This document shows positions 1 through 12,835 of a stretch of DNA of 64,000 bases, in pieces. The notes under the pieces were generated by a model. The model was not told the DNA's origin. It worked only from the letters and a program-made list of their open reading frames with translations, and searched no databases. Source of the DNA: Octopus vulgaris (lineage: Eukaryota); the NCBI GenBank assembly GCA_951406725.2, contig OX597823.1, forward strand, positions 69,254,001 to 69,318,000. The letters are read 5' to 3'. The translations under genes and the position numbers were made by a program. Every line of letters begins with the position of its first letter. The first letter of the stretch is position 1.

Positions 1-165
1 GGCTTAGTAAAATAAATTACTTTGCCACATACTGAACTTAGTAGACATAGCAGCCAAAAAAAAAAAAAAAAAAAATTTTCTTAGCTTTCTCAGATAATGT
101 TTACTCCAGACAGCTCACGAAGGTTTGGGGGTAAATACAGAAAAATATCACAAGTACATAGATCG

Positions 166-228
166 TTTGAGTACGTCAACGTTTCAAGATTAGCCAAATA
201 AAATCAGCATTTCTTTCGTCAGCTCAAA
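166..228 (-). ncRNA. Type I hammerhead ribozyme motif (inverted copy of 296-358)
   Basis: Reverse complement of 296-358 in the left arm. Confidence 0.85.
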
Positions 229-295
229 ATTTCTTAAAGTTCGCTGATAGGTAAAGTTCCTTCTTTTTAGTGTTTCCAAATCCAAATTAAGAAAT

Positions 296-358
296 TTTGA
301 GCTGACGAAAGAAATGCTGATTTTATTTGGCTAATCTTGAAACGTTGACGTACTCAAA
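296..358 (+). ncRNA. Type I hammerhead ribozyme motif
   Basis: tttgag-CTGACGA-aaga...tctt-GAAA-cgttgacg-TA-ctcaaa: stem I tttgag/ctcaaa, stem II aaga/tctt extended by gctga/ttggc, short stem III cgt/acg, GUA triplet (predicted cut after 352). Confidence 0.85.
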
Positions 359-549
359 CGATCTATGTACTTGTGATATTTTTCTGTATTTACCCCCAAA
401 CCTTCGTGAGCTGTCTGGAGTAAACATTATCTGAGAGAATTTTCTTTAAGTAGTAGAAAGCTAAGAAATTTTTTTTTTTTTTTTTCTTTGGCTGCTATGT
501 CTACTAAGTTCAGTATGTGGCAAAGTAATTTATTTTACTAAGCCCTAAT

Positions 550-601
<52 letters not shown>

Positions 602-752
602 ATAAAACTTACATGAAAATGGATGCGTGGAGTTCAATCAAATAATAATATAAATAATATATATATATAAATGCATATATACACACACATTTATGTACAT
701 ACATACATAAGTATGTAGGTATGCATATATGGGTACAGGACGTAACAAAACG

Positions 753-791
<39 letters not shown>

Positions 792-820
792 TGTATATAT
801 ATAGACGTATATATATGTAT

Positions 821-853
<33 letters not shown>

Positions 854-1000
854 CATATATTCACACACACACACACATATATGTATATATATATACATAT
901 ATATATATTATTTGTATAAAGGGCATTACTACATATAAATGCCTCACGCTATGAGGGACTCTTAAAGTCAAAACTACCATAAATACAGTGTACCTACTTT

Positions 1001-1034
<34 letters not shown>

Positions 1035-1347
1035 CCTTCATCAAAAGAAGGGCACACAGACACCACTACCCCATGCACACATATCGATCTGCTCACAGAT
1101 TAGTCAACGTATTTCTTTTTGTAAATGCATGCAATTTTTCGAGTACTCCACAGACAGAGATACTGTAATCAAAATCATCCTGACGATGTGAGATGAGGCT
1201 ATATCTATGAATAACGATGCCAACCATCCAACCATCCACTTTGTTTTCGTCCTCCATAAGATCCGAGTTGACCCAATGTTATAACAATACTTGCCTAAGG
1301 TTCCACACAGTAAAATCGAGCCTTGGTTGCATTATTGCGAAGCAAAC

Positions 1348-1442
<95 letters not shown>

Positions 1443-1618
1443 ATCTGTCTGTCTATCTGTCTATGTATGTATGTATGCATGTATCTATCAATCAATCTAT
1501 CAATCATTTGGCTGTCTATCTGTCTATGTATGTATGTATGTATGCATGTATGTATGTATGTATCTATCTACCTATCTAACTATCTATCTATGTCTTTCTC
1601 TCTCTCCCTCTTTCTCTT

Positions 1619-1690
<72 letters not shown>
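1348..1690. repeat. Compound microsatellite (TATC)n/(TATG)n/(TC)n/(TA)n/(TG)n
   Basis: Direct reading; explains ORFs 1217-1866. Confidence 0.95.
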
Positions 1691-1691
<1 letters not shown>

Positions 1692-2428
1692 ATATACGCA
1701 TACATATATTTTCACGCATAAACATTTGCATATATACTTTTCTGTAGTTATTTTCGATTTTCTTTTTAAACCAATGTTTTCTATGCATACTCTAATATTT
1801 ATCTACTTTTATTTAAAAAAATATCCTCTTAATATCATCGGTTTGCAGAAATTTGCACATTTTTGAAATATTCGGTAAAAACTGCTGAATATTCATAAAT
1901 GTGGTTTTTTATTTCAAAGATTATGTACAAGCAAATATAATTGGTTTTTTCCTGATGTCAGCTTAGTGAATTCATATAAAGAACATCTGGTAATCGTAAT
2001 GTATCTTTAAGCAAGAGAAGAATTCCGCTATTAAGATGCTAGTGTACAAAAAAACCCACAAAAAACAACAATGATGGATAAATTAGTAAAGCATGTGATG
2101 TCTCGGTTTAAATTCCGAATTCGAGGAAGCTGGTTAAGCTCGATGCTAATGGGCAAGTTTATATGATGAGAGATAAATTCACTTGTGTGTGGTGAGAAAG
2201 AGGTACAGAGTGTAACTCTCCACGTTTGGCCTGTCACCCGAGAGCGAGGGTGAGTGAGGAGGGAATTGGTGGTGTTGTTGGGGCTGTAGGTAAGTAATTA
2301 TACCAGTAATTACCTGAGATAATTAGCCGAGATATCAACAAATAATATATTAATAACAGAGCATATTCGCATTAGCTATGTTGCTATTTTGTTCCTCTTG
2401 TACATCCAGATATCTGTTTTTATATATG

Positions 2429-2465
<37 letters not shown>

Positions 2466-4609
2466 TATGTATATATGTATATGGCCGGATGAACTCTGTG
2501 AGTCAACAGCAATCTACACGAGTAAGCAACTCACTATAAAAAAGTTATAAGTGTGTGTGTGTGGGCGTGTGTGTGTGTTCAAACACGTAAACTTACATAT
2601 ACGTATAGTATGTGGTGGTGTTAATTTGTGCCTTTTGTAACTTTTCATCTCCGAAAGGAGATGCAGAGGAACCGACATGGGGTACGGCTTCTAGTAAGCA
2701 TTTAATCTTGGTGGAACACTTCACTGTTTCATTTGATAACAGATGATATCTTCTGAAGAGAAAGAGAGTAACATAATGAGAAGAAGAAGAAGATAATACT
2801 TTATTTATCGATTCTGAAAATGATGAAAAGTGGCTTTTGAACTCAGAGAGCCTTAAACTTAGAAGCATAATTATGTTTAAATACATTATTATTAAAACAG
2901 AAGCTGTACTTTTTAATTGTTGCTCTTTGTAAAATTAATCAATAAGATAATGCTTGTAATGCGTATATACCCAACGGAAACTCTATGTCAAGGAAAATTT
3001 GAGCATCAGACGAAACGCCAGGTGGTATTTAGTTATAGAGCTTTAACGTTTGAATTCAAATCCCGCTGAGGCTAACTTTGCTTTTCATCTTCTCAGGATC
3101 GATAAAATAAACATCAGTTAAAACAACTAAATTAGTTCTTTTTTTTCCTTAAAAATCAATAAGACTGATAAACTATTGATGATGGATACTACTAATCAGT
3201 GATTATTAACCATTAGCTCTGTTACTATGCCTCTCATCACCACTGGTGTGTGGCGAAATAAATATCAATGATAACACATGATCTGACTGGGAGAGGACGT
3301 GACCCAACCAAACTTGCTGGCTCTGATTCTAATGAGAAGAGAATCTGTGATGATACAAACGTTGATTACGAGCTCAGCATTAACGTTGACTGATAAATAA
3401 ATCTTTATAGCATGACTAACTGTGATTATATACATAAAATCGGCAACACCTCTAAGATTATCAAACATGAAAACATGTTACGAATTATGATAGAAGCTAA
3501 ACATTTGACAGAATAACATTTAAACTATCAGACATTTATCTACATTTACTGACGTGAATATTGCAGCTGGTTTAGTCGACAGGCTGCTAGACTAACACTT
3601 AATGGTTCAATAATTTGTATATTTTCATCATCTCTACCTAACGAGTTCGTCAAAATGTAAAGAGGTTCTGTGCGACGATGCAACACGCAGATGTATGTAG
3701 AGGGAAAAGTACATAAAGTTAGTGATCGTTACATTACGTAATTACTTTCAAAACTTCCTATAGACTTGAGTGATGATTAATAATTCTTAATATTAGAGGT
3801 GTTTCAATCAACCGTAACATAGTCAAGATCCGAAATACACTAAATGTGAATTAAATAACTAAAAGCAAATTAAGTAAACCATTAGAGATAGTAAAAAGAC
3901 AGGTAATCAACCACAAATTTTAAAATATGTCGCAAACATAGAATTGTTAAAAAGTTATCTTTGCAATGATGTAATGTTTTAGGTTCGCCAATACCACAAA
4001 ACAACCTTGGAAAATGTCTCGTCTACTAAAGGCTCGGGCTGACCCAGGTCTTTCACAAAATTGATTTCTGATTAGTATGATCGCTCAAAAAACTAATGTG
4101 CCTATGAAACAAAGGAGAGCAATCAACGTTGTTCCTACGTGTGTTGGAATTTCCACATACTTAGGTATGTTGTTTCTTGCAGAAATAACAACTTGCCTAT
4201 AAATTCCATAATTAATAAACTGCAATAAGATGAGGAAACGTATGTTGTGTGTGATTTTTATAAGTCCATATCTATTAGCAATTGCATATAATTTATTACC
4301 AACTTTCTTTTCATCATCTTTTAAAAGTCTGTTCGTTTTTTTAATTATTACTTTGTAATTAAATAATAACTTGCATGTTTAGCATAAAATACTATTTACA
4401 TTAAAATCTAAGACTCTTCTGCAATGTCGCCAAGTTTCACAATAATTTGACCATACCTGACATACTACGAGGGGCTCGTTACGAGTTGTATCGAGCATCA
4501 CAGTGTACATACGGCTCTGATACGATCTCTTCTCTGCATATTCTTTCAGGCTACGAAGCTGCTACTCAGCTCTGAAAAAGCAGCTTGACTACAGCTTGTT
4601 TCAAGTTAC

Positions 4610-5395
4610 ACAGGGGCATATCATCATCCACTAAGGGATAATCTCAACTGGTTAAGGTCAAGCAACTGACAAGCAAATCTGTGGTACTGAGCAAGATATT
4701 TGCTGTGGCAAAATATTTGCTTGTTGTACATCAAGAAGAAAAAAGAACGTGTTTAGATTACCAATGAGTTCAATCAGTCAAGATCAGAAACCACGAGAGT
4801 TACTGCCTGGTATTGTATCAGGGCGTTTATTATTGCGTGAGAAAGCAGTTCATACCATCAAGGTGACACTGGGGTACAAATATACAAAGCCTAATACACC
4901 CATCATGACTCCCCGTCTGATAAGGATACACCAGGCACATGCATCACAACCATATGTGCGCGACATGGTGATCTCATATCAAGATAAACAGCGCATGACC
5001 TTGCAGGTGGTTGCCCAGTTAGAATTATCTTGAGGTCAAGTAGCCCATCCCGCTTCCCTGAATAAGGCATGTTTAAGGATGTTGAACAAAACACCCATGT
5101 TTCCAGAGGTGAATTATCCAAACCTCAAAGAATTCCTCTCAACAAATGGCTATGATGCTCCCCCACTACTTCTACTCGTAATCAGAGATGCACATAGCTT
5201 CACCCACTTAGGGACATGCTCAACTGGTTAAGGTCAAACAACTGACAAGCAAATCTGTGGTACTGAGCAAAATATTTGCTGTAGCTTATCATTTATACTA
5301 AGACAAAACAATGTACATGATAACACTTCCAGTCAGTTAAGATCAGAAGCTATGAGAGCCACTGCCTGGTACTGCATCAGGGCAATAAGGCATTT
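4610..5395 (+). mobile_element. Tandem non-autonomous retroelement copies ending in (TTA)n: 5'-truncated copy ~4610-4833 then longer copy ~4836-5395
   Basis: ctcaactggttaaggtcaa(g/a)caactgacaagcaaatctgtggtactgagcaa...aagatcagaa...actgcctggta(t/c)tg(t/c)atcagggc occurs twice (~4642-4825 and ~5218-5385); each copy ends in ttatta. Confidence 0.65.
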
Positions 5396-5403
5396 ATTAT
5401 TAC

Positions 5404-5457
<54 letters not shown>

Positions 5458-5532
5458 CATTATACACAGAAAAGATGAGAATGTTGGAAAATTATTATTA
5501 TTATCCTTATCAATATTATTATTATTATCGAA

Positions 5533-5804
5533 GGCGTTGAGCTGGCCGAATCGTTAACATACCGAGAAAAGCTTTGAGTTCAAATTCCGCTGAGGTGAAC
5601 TTTGCCTTTCATCCTTTCGGAGTCGATAAAATAAGTACCAGTTGAACACTGGGGTGGATGTAATCAACTCATCCCAACCTTCCCCGAGCTTCTCTTGTGG
5701 CAAAAATTTGAAATAATAATTATTATTCATATATACAGAACAGATTAGAATGTTGGAAAATTATTATTGTTATTATTATTATTATAATAATAATAATAAT
5801 AATA

Positions 5805-5840
<36 letters not shown>

Positions 5841-6375
5841 GAAGGCGGTGAGGTGACAGAATCATTTGCACCCCCGGCGAAATGTTTAGCGGCATTTCGT
5901 CCGTCTTCAGGTTCCGAATTCAAATTCTGCCGATGTCGACATTGCCTTTAATCCTTTCAGGGTCGATAAATTAAGTACCACTTGAGTATTGAGGTCGATG
6001 TGATCCCCTTACCCACAAAATCCAGGCCTTGTGCCTGTAGTAGAAAGGATTATTATTGTTAGTGGTGTTACTATTATTAAGGCAGCGAGCTGAAAGTCGA
6101 CTTTTCTCCTCCCCCAAAATTGGTGGCCTTGTACCTCAATTTGAAACCATTATTGTTATTATAATCGTTAAGACAGAAAGCTGGCTGAATCGTTAACACG
6201 CCGGGCAAAATGCTTAGAAATATTACGTCCGTTCTTATGTTCTGAGTTCAAATTCCACCGAGGTCGACTTCAGCCTTTCGGTGTTGATAAAATGAGTACC
6301 AGTTGAGTATTAGGGTCGATGTTACTATTCAATTGCCCCAACTATATTTCAGGCCTTGTGCCTACAGTAGAAATG
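5533..6375 (+). mobile_element. Cluster of 3-4 tRNA-derived SINEs (Meta-domain-like) separated by (TTA)n
   Basis: Repeated ggcg..gagctggc..aatcgtta...gagttcaaattcc...gactttgcctttcatcctttcgg(g/a)gtcgataaa(a/t)taagtacca at ~5533, ~5844, ~6080 (internally deleted) and ~6170. Confidence 0.85.
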
Positions 6376-7729
6376 TTATCATTATTTCTCACAGCCAACT
6401 GCGATATTTTTCCAATTTTCGGACAAGTTCTCCAGTTTGAGGACAACACCTTATTTTGATGCACTATTCCTTCCCTATTGCTCTAGTTCCTACCTGAATT
6501 TTCTTTCGCCAGTTCCTACTCTTCTGAAATTATTAATTATTATTTTCAATTTTGTGAAATCTCTATATAAAACTAGCGACAATGTTTGATTCGTTATCCA
6601 CAACATTTCAAACAATTTGCAAGGAAAATGTAAACAGGGTTGTCTTATTTCTTATTTCTTTTTTTTTTATTTTATATTTATCTTCTTTAACCTATAACAA
6701 GCGATTTTCAGCTAAATGCATACTTGATTTTGCAGATTCCAAAATGTATAAAATTGTGTAACTATATTTTTACCAAAGAAAAAATATAATTTATTGCAAA
6801 CAGAGTTAATACAGATGACTTTTGTACATTCATAGTCTCGAAAATTGTAGTCACATAGCAATAAACTTTCTCTCGTCATGTATTCAGTTATTCAGTTTCT
6901 TTTAAGACAAACATTGGAATAAAACAGAATTGTATCATACTCTCCTCTTGTATCTTTTGTTTCAATATTTCTATATTTGGAATAGATCAAATAAACTAGC
7001 TATATTCCACTGTTGCCTTTAGTAATATGCCTAAAACTACATTTTTCGTACTTGAAAAGAAATAAGAATCTATAAAAACCTTCTTTTTAATAAAGCATAA
7101 AACTCATAAAGAGATGATCTTAGTAGAATTCACTTTGATCTTGTAATGTAACTGGAGACGTAATATATTTGCATAATATGTTGATTTCCAAATATTTATA
7201 AATATTTATAAATGAATGAAATAATATATTCTAGTGTGAGGATATTTGATCTTGATTCTGTAAAAACCCACTACAACTCAATTTCTAGTTTCTTCGGTGC
7301 ATTACCGCAATATCAAGCTTTATCACCTACAATTCTCGACTGCTATGTAAATGGTAGCAATATTCCAGGGACTTCAGACGTACCTTAGCTCTTTATAGTT
7401 AAGTGGAATCTAGCATTTAATGCAGTGAAGTGGGAAGCGCAAAAAAAAAAAGTGTCAAAATTATTCCCGTAGGCGAAAGAAATGCTATTAGTGTTTTTGA
7501 TGATTCTCGTCAGAAAAAGTAAGGCGGACAACTCAGAAATCTAAATAAGAATTGAGCTTGCAGTGGAGAGGGAATTTTGTGTTTGGTACGTATAGCACCG
7601 GATATGTTTTGGTTTTAATGCATTCATTATGATATTAGTTCTCCTCATAATAGTGTACTTATTTTATATTGGTTTAAGACTATAAAGTAAATTCAAAGGA
7701 AAAAGGTTTTGAGTACGTAATTGTCACTG

Positions 7730-7980
7730 AAGGGGCGTAGTGGTTTTGCGTTAGGGCTAGCAATTGTTAGGACTTGAGCTCGACTCTCGTACCGAGCAAA
7801 GTGATGTGTTCTGGAGTAAGATACATGATTTCAGGTCGTTCAATGAACACAGCTGGAAATGAGTGCCAGTGATAGCTGGGAGACTCAGGTTAACCTCACA
7901 ACGGACAGTCTTGTTCAGGAGGGAGTCTTGTACTCTCATTTAAACACCACGGAAAATTAAATAAACCTTGGTCTAATGAG
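7730..7980 (+). mobile_element. Degenerate tRNA-derived SINE (same head family as 9457)
   Basis: Decayed A/B boxes, then tgtgttctggagtaagatac...cagctggaaatgag. Confidence 0.5.
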
Positions 7981-9264
7981 TTTATACCTCAAGACAGAAT
8001 TTGACTTTACATGTTAGGCATTTATCCTGAATAGACAAGATTATATCCCATTGGTACAAACAACTCTAAAGAGTCAAATAAAGTCTGTTGAACTGGTCCA
8101 ATATGTCTCTAGTGGTCATTCTATCAACATAAGGAAGTTATGTCCCCTCTAAAAGAGTGTTAATCCTGTATGTAGGCCTAAGAGAGTAGCGATCAAATTT
8201 TTCTGCTAATCTACTTCCTTCTCCACGTAATATAACCCTTACAAACATAGTCAACCGGACTGGATGCGAATCATTTGGACGATCCTTCTCTCTAGTTATA
8301 AAATTCACACATGTATGTTGACATGAAAATTAGGTGGCTGATGATGAATTCTCTTTAATAGCTATCTTCTTGGTCTCCATCCTAGCGGCCTCCATGTTGC
8401 CACTGTGCACCAGTAAATAGGTCCCCGGAGAAAGTGTGTGCACCGAAAACTTTATCTCAGTTTTATCAGATTACAACAAGTTTCATCCTGTCAACAAACT
8501 GGGTGAAAAAATAACGCAAAGTGTTTTTACTGGTTTAGAATATTGTCAGCATATCAGAGTAGACAAGCACCACCATTCTCTTCCTTCCAACCGAGTGATA
8601 ACAGTCGCGGTACACATTCTGCACTCATTTTCCGATATTCAAAGCTTTCTATCATCTTCTGTAAAGTATTATGACAGACTCCAGTTGTGCAGAAAGCTCA
8701 CAGTTTGAAACTCATGTGTCTGCGTGAATCAGTTCGTCCGATAGCCAGTAATTCGTATCAGCGAGCGCAATTGATGGCCTCCCACTACGTGATTTGTTTT
8801 CAATGCTGGTTTCCCTTTATTACGTTTCTTCATCTTTCAATGCACCCCTCCTTCATCAAAAACTCAATGATGATACTTTGATTCTGCTTGGAATTCCTTA
8901 TTTGCCTACAGCGAAGAAGTTCAGGGAAAATAGTTATTATAGAGGAAGAGTTTCTTTACAAATGTACAACTGGAATGATCCATCCCTGTTAATAAAAATA
9001 TCACATCCTCTCTTGTCTTACTTTCAGCACAACCCTCAAGTAATACACTAAGATTATACAGATGTGTATAAACTTTTCAGTTCATTACTAGTAATTTCTA
9101 AGTAAATACATTTTTTAATTACAAATATTCAAACTCTACATGAATTCTAAATATCGCTTTGGTTCATTGATGCATGAGAATGATATATGTGTGTGTGCAT
9201 TTATGAATACATTTACGTACTTCCAGCAAGAGAGAGCAGTCGCCATACCTCATTCCATAACAGC

Positions 9265-9452
<188 letters not shown>

Positions 9453-9456
9453 TGAA

Positions 9457-9791
9457 GGCGCATGGCTCAGTGGTTAGAGCGTCGAGCTTACGACCGTGAG
9501 GTTGTGAGCTCGAATCCCGGACCGGGCTGCGTGTTGTGTTCTCGAGCAAGGCACTTTATTTCACGTTGCTCCAGTTCATTCAGCTGTAGAAATGAGTTGC
9601 GACGTCACTGGTGCCAAGCTGTATCGACCTTTGTCTTTCCCTTGGATAACACTGGTGGCGTGGAGAGGGGAGGCTGGTATGCATGGGCGACTGCTGGCCT
9701 TCCATAAACAACCTTGCCCGGACTTGTATCTAGGAAGGTAACTTTCTAGGTGCAATCCCATGGTCATTCATGACCGAAGGGGGTCTTTACC

Positions 9792-9795
<4 letters not shown>
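9457..9795 (+). mobile_element. Well-preserved tRNA-derived SINE within (TA)n
   Basis: A box tggctcagtggttagagc, B box gagctcgaatcc, central gagcaaggcacttta...cagctgtagaaatgag, tail ctttacccttt. Confidence 0.85.
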
Positions 9796-9842
<47 letters not shown>

Positions 9843-12019
9843 GTTGATTGACCCAACTTAGTTGAGGACCGAAACAGTGTCTTCTCTCAACAAAGTGAAA
9901 GTAAAAACGATTCAAGTAGATTAACTGCACGGGTGCACACACACACACACACACACACACACGCGCGCACGCACACATGCACACACACATGCACACACAC
10001 AAACACACACACATGCATCAAAGCATTTATGTTTACAACTAACGTACAGCAGTGAAACGTATCTGCCAATTAAACCTACATTGCAGCTCGCTGCCTTCCA
10101 ATCTTTGTTAATGTTAAATGGAATAATGTAGTGTATTCTTCGCCCGATAATTTAATGCTTTCATCGCTTTGTTATCTACGTCTCCTGATGTTTTCTATTA
10201 TGAAAGTCTATAGAGACCATAAGATAACAAGATGATGCGAGCAGTAGATTAAATAGCATGCAATATTTAGTTATATTTCTTCACAATCTGTTTTCAAATA
10301 GTACCGGAATCAGCCTTTGTTTACGTAAGAGTTTATTGAATATAACAGGTCCAAGATCGATTTTCCGGAACCTTTTGTTCCAAAGCCTTTACGGATTTCA
10401 GAATTTTTCAGAAGTTGAGGTGGTTACCTCTAATTTAAACAAATGTCAAATTTACTGAAATAAACGAAATACAGATGTTTGTATAAGGTATTGGTTTATT
10501 CAAAGGCCTCTTCAATGTTGACTGTTCATGTAATCTATTAAAACCTTTCGCACTACCTCATCTTCTCATCATCTTTTAATTTTAAAATTTTTTTAATGAT
10601 CATTTTGTCATTTTTCTACATTTTCCATTGTTTTTTCTTCATTGTTCAATTGATATCTTTAATTTTTAGCTTTTGGGTTCCCCACCGCTACCTGCTAACT
10701 TCTCAGGTATCACTTCCTTCTACTTGTCCAATTCCTTTAGACTTAGCTTTACTTCTCTTAGCATAGCACCACACCCTCTCACCATCCTACTACGGCATTA
10801 CCCTGTTATTTCTCCGTACTAGACAGATATCTGTGCATTTGTATAATTTATACAAGTTTATTGTGCGTGTTGCTGTGAAATAGTTTGGCAGCCGTAGGAA
10901 TTTGAAGTTTCTACTCTTAAATTAATGCGGAAGACAAGAAGTTCTGGGCCGTCAGCGTCCGAAAAATCGGTGTTGTACCAGTACCACGAAGACTGTACTG
11001 TAACCGTTTCCTACAAATTGTTAGGTTTGAGCCAATATGAAAAATCATTATAATTTTGAAGAGTAATAAATATAGTTTTATCTTGTGTCTAGGAGGAGGT
11101 TATTTTGACAATAAATGTTTAAATAAACACACGCGCTGATTCAATACCACTTCTTTATTTTACCAACAAACTATCAAATGTTTTTTTTTTAATGTGTTGA
11201 TTGAACAATCAATCAGTTATTAGTTTTCTCTGTCAGAGAAATTTGCGAACCAAATAAAAAAAAAATGAAGTATAGTTTTATCATTGTACCGAATATAATC
11301 ATTTAGAATAAAAATATGAACTAAATATGGATTATTTCCTAGTTCATAGATTTTGGATTGAAAATATATAATGGAAATTTTAAATAATTCTACATTTATC
11401 TCTAATTTTACTTTTAAAAAATATACCCTGATAAAACCAGTCTTACATTATATTTTCATATACAGTACAACAAAAAAAGAACAATAGATTTTTATGTGCA
11501 ATTTTTTCTCGTTCAGACAACGTGATATTTGCCTGAAGCACTCAACACTAACTCAATTTTTGAATACATACTGTATATGCAAGGATTTTGATAAAGGCAG
11601 TGTTTTTGTTTTGTCGTTGTTGTTCTCCGAACTATTTATATGTTTGAAAGATGACAACACATCTTCAGCAAGAATAACAAGGATAACAACAAATCGAAAC
11701 CTATATATTTAGCAAATGTGATATTGTACATCATGCAAAGTAGAATGCGTTCGTGAAGTATATGGCTTCAAAATTTTTTCGTATACATTTAGATGTACTA
11801 CTGGTGAATGAAGCAATATAGAGCGCTGCTCTATGAATCGCTTTTCATTCAGTGAGTTATAGTTAGTTTTATTATTAGAGATTTTTCTGGCTCTAAATTA
11901 TAAAAAGTGCACTGCTATATACTGTAAAGGATGCTTAACAGAACGTTGTGTGATTTAATGCTTTTCCAGCTTCCAGGAGAAGCGTGAATGAAGGTAAACT
12001 AGGTAAGTCTGTATAATAT

Positions 12020-12340
12020 AGGTACAGAGATGGCTGTATGGTTGAGAAGCCCGCTTTGTAATCTTATGGTCTCGGGTTCAGTCCCACTGTGCCTCACCTT
12101 GGATAAGTTTCTTTTCGACTATAAATCCCGGACAGAAAATTTGATAGATGGAGTTGGGTGGAAGTCTGTCATATGTGTGTGTGTGTGTCATTGGTTTGTT
12201 AACGCCTCCAAAACCTAGCGGTGAGACAAAACAAATCAATAGAATTTGTCCTAGACATAAAAAAATTGCTGTAGGCAAAACTACTAAAAGACTGTTTCGC
12301 ATATAAATACAGAATAGGGTCATTAGAAATAACTACCAGT
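12020..12340 (+). mobile_element. Degenerate SINE (family of 58739)
   Basis: tggctgtatggttgagaagc...ggttcagtcccactgtg..accttggataagt, internal (TG)n. Confidence 0.65.
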
Positions 12341-12589
12341 AATATATTTGTTTTCATTTAATTAACTTACAAATTACAGGCCTATAAATGCCTTCCGTCT
12401 GCTTTTGAGATAAATAAAATGGAAAAAAATGGCAATAAAAATGTATACTTCTCAAATATTTTAAAGTAAGTATGGAGAAAATTAAATTTAACAAGCAGAA
12501 CTTTAGAATTTAATTTTGAAATACATTTCTTGAGAATCGAATACAATACAATATAGAAGTGGAGTAAATAGTTTCGTCGAAACAAGTAC

Positions 12590-12835
12590 CCAAGGGTGTG
12601 GTTACCTGGTTTCTATGGCGGAGAAGAGATCGAGACCATAGCATTTCTCCTGAACGAGACGCCGGCCCGTTGCAGGGTTCCATGCCAGCAATTCTGTGGA
12701 GCAAAGATAAATCTCCGTTAATTAACTGGCATCTTAACTTACTGAGCCTGAAGGGATGAAAGACAAAGTTGACTCTTGCGGGATTTGAACTCAGAACATA
12801 TAGAGCCGGAAAAAAAATGTTGCTAAGCATTCTAT
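12590..12835 (-). mobile_element. SINE fragments (V-domain-like part plus Meta-like SINE)
   Basis: Reverse strand: ccctgcaacgggccggcgtctcgttcagg...ccatagaaaccagg, and gttctgagttcaaatcc...ctttgtctttcatcccttcagg. Confidence 0.6.

Larger units (their letters stand above)
1..550. mobile_element. Penelope-like (PLE) pLTR-type element: head-to-head inverted repeat (arms 1-237 / 287-544), one hammerhead per arm, 3' end abutting (TA)n
   Basis: Arms are reverse complements (ggcttagtaaaataaattac... vs ...gtaatttattttactaagcc), with a 49-bp spacer and a ~20-bp indel in the right arm; followed by (TA)n. The left arm runs off the window edge. PLE call is inferred from the hammerhead plus inverted architecture. 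Confidence 0.7.

Noticed and set aside
2180-2296. GC-richer segment ending in a strong splice-donor-like AG|GTAAGT
   Set aside because: Could be a non-coding exon, but no acceptor, ORF or partner exon can be supported
8040-8800. Complex sequence that may be a decayed LINE ORF1 (zinc-knuckle-like) on the minus strand
   Set aside because: Too many stops and frameshifts to support a call by eye
9457-9530. tRNA-like sequence (also 49830-49902 and 52180-52250)
   Set aside because: SINE heads with A/B boxes, not complete tRNA cloverleaves
10230-10560. Possible old CR1-like LINE fragment (LGPVIFNKL, minus strand)
   Set aside because: Only one weak motif
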